64,000 bases of DNA from a virus: the IMG/VR virus record IMGVR_UViG_3300028025_000092, one strand, 5' to 3'. The notes under the pieces were generated by a model. That model did not search any database. It saw nothing but the letters and a program-made list of their open reading frames with translations, and was not told the origin of the DNA. This document shows positions 58,354-64,000 of the stretch, piece by piece. Both the position numbers and the translations under genes were made by a program. Position 1 is the first letter of the stretch, and every line of letters begins with the position of its first letter.

Positions 58354-59480
58354 TGTTTACATTTCCAATAAGTTTTATAAAAAGTTCAGTTCCGACATTT
58401 ACATCTGCAACCTTCACGGCAGTTGGTAGTACTTCATGGGTTGCACCTACTGGAGTTACTTCAATAGAGTATCTTGTAGTCGCTGGTGGTGGAGGTGGAG
58501 GCAATGGCTATGATAATGCTGGTGGCGGCGGAGGTGGAGCCGGTATGGTACTTACAGGAACACTATCGGTGACCCCAGGAAATTCTTACACGGTCACTAT
58601 TGGAGATGGCGGAGAAGGTGGTGCAAATGCTAGAGCTAATAATGCCGGTTCGTCAGGTAATAATAGTGTCTTAGATTCAATAACCGCTCTTGGTGGTGGT
58701 GCTGGACAAGGCAGTCGCACCGGCGGATCTGTTGGTGCTGCACAAATATCCAATACGACTGCACCAACAGGTGGAACAGGCACCGGCGGAGGTTTTGGCG
58801 GAAAGGGGGGTGGTGGCGCAGGCGGCGCTGGTAGTGCTAACTCTGGAACTACCGGTGGTGCAGGAGGTGCAGGTTTAGCGTCATCTCTAAGCGGAGCTTC
58901 GGTAACGTACGGAATAGGCGGTGCTGGTGCAAACAGCGGTACACAAAATGGTGGTGCAGCTGGATCAGCCAACACCGGTAATGGTGGGCAAGCTGGTGGT
59001 GCTGCATCTGCTAGCTCAGTAGGTGGCGGTAAAGGAGGCTCTGGTATAGTTATTATCAGAAATAGAGCAGTAACATTTTCTCAAGCATTTGTAGGCGGTG
59101 TTGCACCTTTATCAGCAGTAGAAACTGCATGGAATACTTTTAGAGCAGCACTTACTGGTACTTACACAAGTTTCACATGGTCGAGTACGAATGGTAGTTC
59201 ACTAACAGTATCGGATCCTACTAAAGTTCAAACCCTTGCAAATAATTTAAGAACCGCAACTGTAGGGAATGTTACTATTGGATCTACCCTATGGGCAGTA
59301 GGAACCGGTTGCGGTACACCTAAAATAGGTGGTGTTGCAGTTGAATTTTCTAATATTGGATCTTGTAGCGCTTCTAGTACCTATGCGCTAAGACCGATGA
59401 TCAACAATGCTAACTGGGGAGGTACTAATCAATCGACAGTCAACGCACCGTCACAGACAATAACATTAACATTCTTCTAA
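58353..59480 (+). CDS. Glycine-rich fibre-tip protein
   Basis: WVAPTGVTSIEYLVVAGGGGGG...GGKGGSGIVIIR. Confidence 0.75.
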   Translation: MFTFPISFIKSSVPTFTSATFTAVGSTSWVAPTGVTSIEYLVVAGGGGGGNGYDNAGGGGGGAGMVLTGTLSVTPGNSYTVTIGDGGEGGANARANNAGSSGNNSVLDSITALGGGAGQGSRTGGSVGAAQISNTTAPTGGTGTGGGFGGKGGGGAGGAGSANSGTTGGAGGAGLASSLSGASVTYGIGGAGANSGTQNGGAAGSANTGNGGQAGGAASASSVGGGKGGSGIVIIRNRAVTFSQAFVGGVAPLSAVETAWNTFRAALTGTYTSFTWSSTNGSSLTVSDPTKVQTLANNLRTATVGNVTIGSTLWAVGTGCGTPKIGGVAVEFSNIGSCSASSTYALRPMINNANWGGTNQSTVNAPSQTITLTFF

Positions 59481-59481
59481 A

Positions 59482-59619
59482 ATGTACTATATAGCAAGAA
59501 CAAATAATTTATCTACCCCGGTAGACCCTACACTCGATAATTTAACTTACGAAGCTGCAATGGATTGGATACAGAACGTGGGCAACATAGTAGAATACAC
59601 TATTGTTCAAAGAAACTAG
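59482..59619 (+). CDS. Small hypothetical protein (45 aa), below the ORF-track cutoff
   Basis: ATG 1 nt after the previous stop; MYYIARTNN...IVQRN. Confidence 0.55.
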   Translation: MYYIARTNNLSTPVDPTLDNLTYEAAMDWIQNVGNIVEYTIVQRN

Positions 59620-59721
59620 CCTTATATTTTTGATATATAATGGATATACTGACTTTAAACTCAGAATGCTTAAAAAATGGTTTTAGAACATAGATATATA
59701 CAATAAAATAAATCCCTCAAA

Positions 59722-61980
59722 ATGGATAGAATTAATTTCGACGATAATCTGTCACAGATAAAAATGGAAAAAGCGAAAGCTGCTGCCGCTCTTTTAAACG
59801 AAAGCTGGGGTGGCAATGGCGGTTTTACATCAGGTGCTGCTGGCTCATATACAGACGGTTTACAAAAAGAGATTGAAAACATGTCTACAGAACACAGAAA
59901 AGCAATAAAATCTTCTTTTTCTGTTGGAGTTTTAGAGACTGCAATGGCTTTAAATAATACCTCTTTTGTTGAATTAGCAGAAGCTAAAATCTTAGTTGAC
60001 AAATACATCAATCACGTATCAATCAAAGGTCTTTCCGAGGCATTCCTTATAGAAGCAATGATCTCAGAATTGGAAAACTTTGCTTGGGAAAAGAACGTAA
60101 AACCAGCTTTATCTAATCTAAAAAAAGCATTCGAAAGCAACAGAAAAGAGATTGAGGTTGCTAAAGCAATCGAAGAAATCAACGGATCTGGCGGTAGAGA
60201 CTTATACTCTTCTATTGTTGAAACTATGAGAAATTGGTTAGCATCTGAAGACAGAGTTTCTGAAAAACTTTTGATGGATCTTAAGAAATGGGCATTTAAT
60301 CCATCTGTTAGATCCCTTGTTGAGAGAGTATCTAATTTACAAAACGAAACTGGAAATAAATTTAATGTTAAAGTTAATTCTTCTAACTGTGATGTCCAAT
60401 CTATCATCGCTCCAAGTCTAGTTACAGAAAACTCTTCGGTTTTCGTAACGTCAAATAGATTCTTTAGAGCAACAGAGGATGGTGTAAGAATCATGAAAAG
60501 AGAAGAAGCTGGAAGACTTTCAGGTAAATTCCTAAAAGCTGTTTTAGCTCTTTCTAACCCTAATGTTAAAATTAATGAAAGTGGTTTAGATCTTTATGTT
60601 GGTAAAAATAAATTATCAGTTGTATTTGAAAGCGAAACTGACACTAAGAATATTTTCTTTAATGGTAGAAGAGTAGCAGAAGATAAATTAGGATTTACAC
60701 TTTCTTTTGAATTAAGAAATGGATTTCAAGGATCTGCTAATGCAATAGAGCATGCAGTACAAGTAGTAGAAGCTGCTAACTACCTTTCTGAGATTGATTT
60801 TGGAAAGAAAATCGTTTCTAAAATATACGAGGGCGTAGAAGCTAACGTATTTAAATTTGAAAACAGGGTCTTTGTACACAAGGTAAACCCTGCTATGAAG
60901 AAGAATGAACTTTTAGAGGGTAACGGTAGTCAGGCAGTTAATGCAGTAAAAGAATTCTTAGGATTTGATCTTTCTGAGTCGATGACACAGATTTTAGACA
61001 AAGAAGATAGGATTCTTTCCATTATGAAAAACGACAAAAATGAAATTAGAAAGAATTTAGAAATAGTAGAAAGTGAAATTAGTAAAATAAACAAAGCACT
61101 AGAAACAAACCCATCTCTTCAGAATTCGGACGAAATCAAAGAGGCACAAAAAATGCTTTCTTCAGAATCTAACGTGTTAAAGGAAAAATGGAATCAGATC
61201 TCAGTAGAAATCGAAAGATTCGAAAAAGGAGCTAAAAAGACTGTAGTTACAGAAAGCGAGGGATATGGTATAAACACTGATGTTAAAATTAACAGAAACG
61301 GAGAAAAAGGTAAAGTAGTAGGTGTAAATGGAAATTCTAAAACATACACTGTTATGTTTGAAAATGGAAAAACCGGAGAATTTTTCTTTAACGATGTGAC
61401 TGATATCTCAGACGAAATTAGAAATATAGAATTAACTAGAGTTAATGATTTAGAGGAAGATCTTGATGAGACTAACGAAGGATTAGAAGCAGATATGGAA
61501 TTAGCAGAAGCACCGGACGCAACTGCAGCAGGCTCATCAAAAGATATTGAGGATTTAAAATCTCATAATTTAGCAGACTTAGACGTTAAGAGCGGTAAAA
61601 AATTAAAAGAAGATCCAAAAGGAACTTCAGGTAAACATGAATTAGCAGTTGCTCCTGGGCACACAGCAAAAACTGGAAAGAAATTCGTTCAAAAAGAAAA
61701 GAATGCTAATTTAGCTGATGCACCACACAGTACAGCTGCTGGATCTTCTAAAGATATTGAGGATTTAAAAGCTCACAATTTAGCAATTATCGAATCTCAA
61801 AAGAATGCTAACTACGAAAAAGCACCTTCTGGAAAGAAAGAAAAAGTTAAAAAATTAGTTCTTGGCAAAAAAGGAACTTTAGCTAAAGCACCAGGTAACA
61901 GCAAGTTAAATGGTAAAGGTGACCACGAGCCTCTTAATAGAGCAACTCTATCTAAAGCACCTTCTACAAAAAAAAAGTAA
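59722..61980 (+). CDS. Large head-associated (core/scaffold-like) protein
   Basis: GATATATA upstream, coiled coils, repeated TAAGSSKDIEDLK.HNLA; located next to gp55/gp4/gp2/portal. Confidence 0.5.
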   Translation: MDRINFDDNLSQIKMEKAKAAAALLNESWGGNGGFTSGAAGSYTDGLQKEIENMSTEHRKAIKSSFSVGVLETAMALNNTSFVELAEAKILVDKYINHVSIKGLSEAFLIEAMISELENFAWEKNVKPALSNLKKAFESNRKEIEVAKAIEEINGSGGRDLYSSIVETMRNWLASEDRVSEKLLMDLKKWAFNPSVRSLVERVSNLQNETGNKFNVKVNSSNCDVQSIIAPSLVTENSSVFVTSNRFFRATEDGVRIMKREEAGRLSGKFLKAVLALSNPNVKINESGLDLYVGKNKLSVVFESETDTKNIFFNGRRVAEDKLGFTLSFELRNGFQGSANAIEHAVQVVEAANYLSEIDFGKKIVSKIYEGVEANVFKFENRVFVHKVNPAMKKNELLEGNGSQAVNAVKEFLGFDLSESMTQILDKEDRILSIMKNDKNEIRKNLEIVESEISKINKALETNPSLQNSDEIKEAQKMLSSESNVLKEKWNQISVEIERFEKGAKKTVVTESEGYGINTDVKINRNGEKGKVVGVNGNSKTYTVMFENGKTGEFFFNDVTDISDEIRNIELTRVNDLEEDLDETNEGLEADMELAEAPDATAAGSSKDIEDLKSHNLADLDVKSGKKLKEDPKGTSGKHELAVAPGHTAKTGKKFVQKEKNANLADAPHSTAAGSSKDIEDLKAHNLAIIESQKNANYEKAPSGKKEKVKKLVLGKKGTLAKAPGNSKLNGKGDHEPLNRATLSKAPSTKKK

Positions 61981-62002
61981 ATACAATTTCTGAACATAGA
62001 GC

Positions 62003-62045
62003 AGAGTTCGTTTCCGAAGGAATGGGAGACGAACTCTCTTTTTTT
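62003..62045 (+). terminator. 13-bp hairpin + T7 (terminator-like)
   Basis: AGAGTTCGTTTCC/GGAGACGAACTCT then CTTTTTTT. Confidence 0.6.
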
Positions 62046-62237
62046 GCGGGGGATCTTGCACAAACCATAGGTAAATTAAAAGAATTAGAAACATCCAGTC
62101 ACTCTAACAGTAAGATAGGATTAAAGACTATACAAGAAACCATTAAGAAACTTGAGGCTTTAGAGGAAGATATTTCTAGACAGATTGAAAAACTAGAAAA
62201 TAGCTTTGCAAACGAAAATAATTCACACCAAAACTGA
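62022..62237 (+). CDS. Coiled-coil ORF, probably a -1 frameshift extension of 59722-61980
   Basis: Frame open back to A-AAA-AAG at 61971-61977. Confidence 0.5.
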   Translation: MGDELSFFAGDLAQTIGKLKELETSSHSNSKIGLKTIQETIKKLEALEEDISRQIEKLENSFANENNSHQN

Positions 62238-62593
62238 TGGAGTATGTTAAAAACAAAGAGCTAAAAAGAGCATTATTGGAATCAAAAGAAAGTGGAAAAT
62301 TAACAGCGGAAACTGTTAAAATGTTCACATTGATAGTAAATGGACTTTCAAAAACCAAATCATATCGAGATATAGAGGATAAAGAAGACTGTATAGCATT
62401 TGGAATGGAGGATCTTATTAAATATTGGGATAGATTCGATCCTAATAAATCTGACAATCCTTTTGCTTTCATTTCACAAATTGCTAAAAACGGAATGCAG
62501 AAGGGATGGAAAAAAATACACTCAACAAGGTCTATAAAAACCATACCTTTCTCAAGACTCACTAGGGACGATAATCAAAATTATAATGTCTAA
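62237..62593 (+). CDS. Late-transcription sigma factor (gp55-like)
   Basis: YVKNKEL, EDCI, FDPNKSDNPFAFISQI. Confidence 0.85.
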   Translation: MEYVKNKELKRALLESKESGKLTAETVKMFTLIVNGLSKTKSYRDIEDKEDCIAFGMEDLIKYWDRFDPNKSDNPFAFISQIAKNGMQKGWKKIHSTRSIKTIPFSRLTRDDNQNYNV

Positions 62594-63080
62594 GACAGAT
62601 ATAAAGAATGTTAAGCCTAACGGAAGATACAAATCCGGAAAATTCGTTCCAAGGAAACCTGAAAAATATATTGGAGATATTCATAATATAATTTATAGGT
62701 CTTCCTGGGAAGGGAGATTCTGCTTGTATTGTGATCAAAATCCTAATATTATTAAATGGTCATCAGAGCCCGTACAAATAGAGTATTGGAACCCTATAGA
62801 TAAAAAAACGCACACCTACCATCCAGACTACTACATAAAGGTTCAAAAAATAGACGGAAGCACTGAGGATTGGATTCTAGAAATTAAACCATCAGCTCAA
62901 TACCAATTAGAGAAAAAACCAGTATTGACTGGGGCATTAACAGAGAAAAGAATTAGATCACATAATGAACAGATGCAAACATGGATAGTAAATAGAGCCA
63001 AGTTTGATGCTGCTATGAAGTTTGCTAAGTTCAATGGTTATAAATTTGGTGCAATAGACGAAAAATTTATTTTTAGATAA
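62586..63080 (+). CDS. Head completion nuclease (gp4-like)
   Basis: PEKYIGD..IIYRSSWE, WSSE, YHPDY, EIKP. Confidence 0.9.
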   Translation: MSKTDIKNVKPNGRYKSGKFVPRKPEKYIGDIHNIIYRSSWEGRFCLYCDQNPNIIKWSSEPVQIEYWNPIDKKTHTYHPDYYIKVQKIDGSTEDWILEIKPSAQYQLEKKPVLTGALTEKRIRSHNEQMQTWIVNRAKFDAAMKFAKFNGYKFGAIDEKFIFR

Positions 63081-63652
63081 TGGACTTTAAAAGGGAAATA
63101 AGAGATGCTATAGAAAAAGCAGGATCCCCAGCAAAATTATCGGAAGAAAGCTTTATCAATTATACTAATAATTATTCTGTTCTTAAATCGTCAGATTCTA
63201 TTAGAAGCCTAATACAGGGTAAAATTTATACTTTTTATTATAATTCAGAGGTAAAGGCAGAGAGAGGGTTTATAAACAGAAGACCTGTTATTTTTTTAGA
63301 CTCAAGGGAAATAACGCCATCTAAAAGTATTATTAAAGGATTAGATTTAATTCTAATAACACCGAGAGATAGAATAAATTTTTTTATTAGACTTCATTCA
63401 ATTTACGGTAAAATCATGGATCAAAACGACGGAAAAGAGGCAGCTTCACAGATGCCTTTAAGATTTGATCCCCAATTATTAGAAACTTTAATGGGAGGTA
63501 TCAAGTATAATCATGCATATACAGGTTATAAGATAGAGAAAATTAAGGGATTAAAGGAAATACCAAGAGACGAATGGAAGCATTTAGTTTACTTAAACAC
63601 TAAATCTATCGAGGGGGCTGCTATAGACGATATATACAATAAATACAAATAA
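63080..63652 (+). CDS. DNA end protector (gp2-like)
   Basis: GKIYTFYY, P.I, GL.L..I.P..R, EIP..EW; gene order. Confidence 0.6.
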   Translation: MDFKREIRDAIEKAGSPAKLSEESFINYTNNYSVLKSSDSIRSLIQGKIYTFYYNSEVKAERGFINRRPVIFLDSREITPSKSIIKGLDLILITPRDRINFFIRLHSIYGKIMDQNDGKEAASQMPLRFDPQLLETLMGGIKYNHAYTGYKIEKIKGLKEIPRDEWKHLVYLNTKSIEGAAIDDIYNKYK

Positions 63653-64000
63653 TGGCCGGATTTTTAGGAGACAATAGGGTTAATCCTTTTTTTAGTAACA
63701 TGCTAACCAATCTTAGAAAAATAGGATCGTTTGGCATGAGCTATGGAGACATGGTTGTTAAAAACTCACAAGCTGTGGGTACAACAGAGGCCTTATTCCT
63801 TAAAAATGGTGGAATAGAGGATGAAAATTTCCTATATTCAATCAGAAAGGCAGATACTACAGCTAAACAATACATAGCATATTTTGACCGGGATTATATT
63901 AACAAAAAAACATATCTTAGGAATTTTTCAATTAATCCCGAAATAGAATTTATTTTAGATACCGTTTGTGACGAGGCTATAGTTTATGATGATAAGAATT
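63652..64000 (+). CDS. Portal protein (gp20-like), 5' part
   Basis: MAGFLG...LRNFSINPEIEFILDTVCDEAIVYDD resembles T4-type portal; runs off the window end. Confidence 0.75.
   Translation, partial: MAGFLGDNRVNPFFSNMLTNLRKIGSFGMSYGDMVVKNSQAVGTTEALFLKNGGIEDENFLYSIRKADTTAKQYIAYFDRDYINKKTYLRNFSINPEIEFILDTVCDEAIVYDDKN

Noticed and set aside
1-64000. Stop-codon reassignment or a suppressor tRNA
   Set aside because: Core genes are intact in code 11, TAG and TGA end genes normally, and the CTA triplets in the tRNA-like elements are not in proper anticodon loops
1-64000. CRISPR array, DGR, introns/inteins, transposases
   Set aside because: No repeat-spacer array, reverse transcriptase or homing endonuclease seen; terminase, helicase and recombinase have normal lengths

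Overview
64 kb from a large AT-rich T4-like myophage (jumbo-phage style). A Bacteroidota host is likely: TAnnTTTG promoter elements, A-rich leaders without Shine-Dalgarno sequences, and a lipoprotein with D-S-T motifs. Standard code 11. In order: Gly-Ser/Thr collagen-like fibre genes (1-8 kb); tRNA cluster 1 (9 tRNAs with several structured non-tRNA elements between them); two paralogous MoxR-like AAA+/DUF2201-VWA modules; tRNA cluster 2 (5 tRNAs, then Gly and a giant Asp-like tRNA); nucleotide metabolism genes; uvsX, helicase, gp47 and gp46; neck, terminase, sheath, two tubes and baseplate hub; a phage sigma factor; more fibre/spike genes; a large head protein; gp55, gp4, gp2 and the start of the portal. 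Main discovery: each tRNA operon is preceded by promoter -> short unannotated leader ORF -> antiterminator overlapping the end of the ORF -> intrinsic terminator. The codons of each leader match the tRNA set of its own operon (I/L/P/H/S/T/R for cluster 1; N/Q/Y/C/E for cluster 2). This looks like a multi-codon ribosome-mediated attenuator that would switch on phage tRNA synthesis when those tRNAs become limiting. Also seen: atypical tRNA-like RNAs, a candidate -1 frameshift in the head protein, and two phage promoter consensuses. All protein calls come from motif recognition and gene order; no database searches were run.
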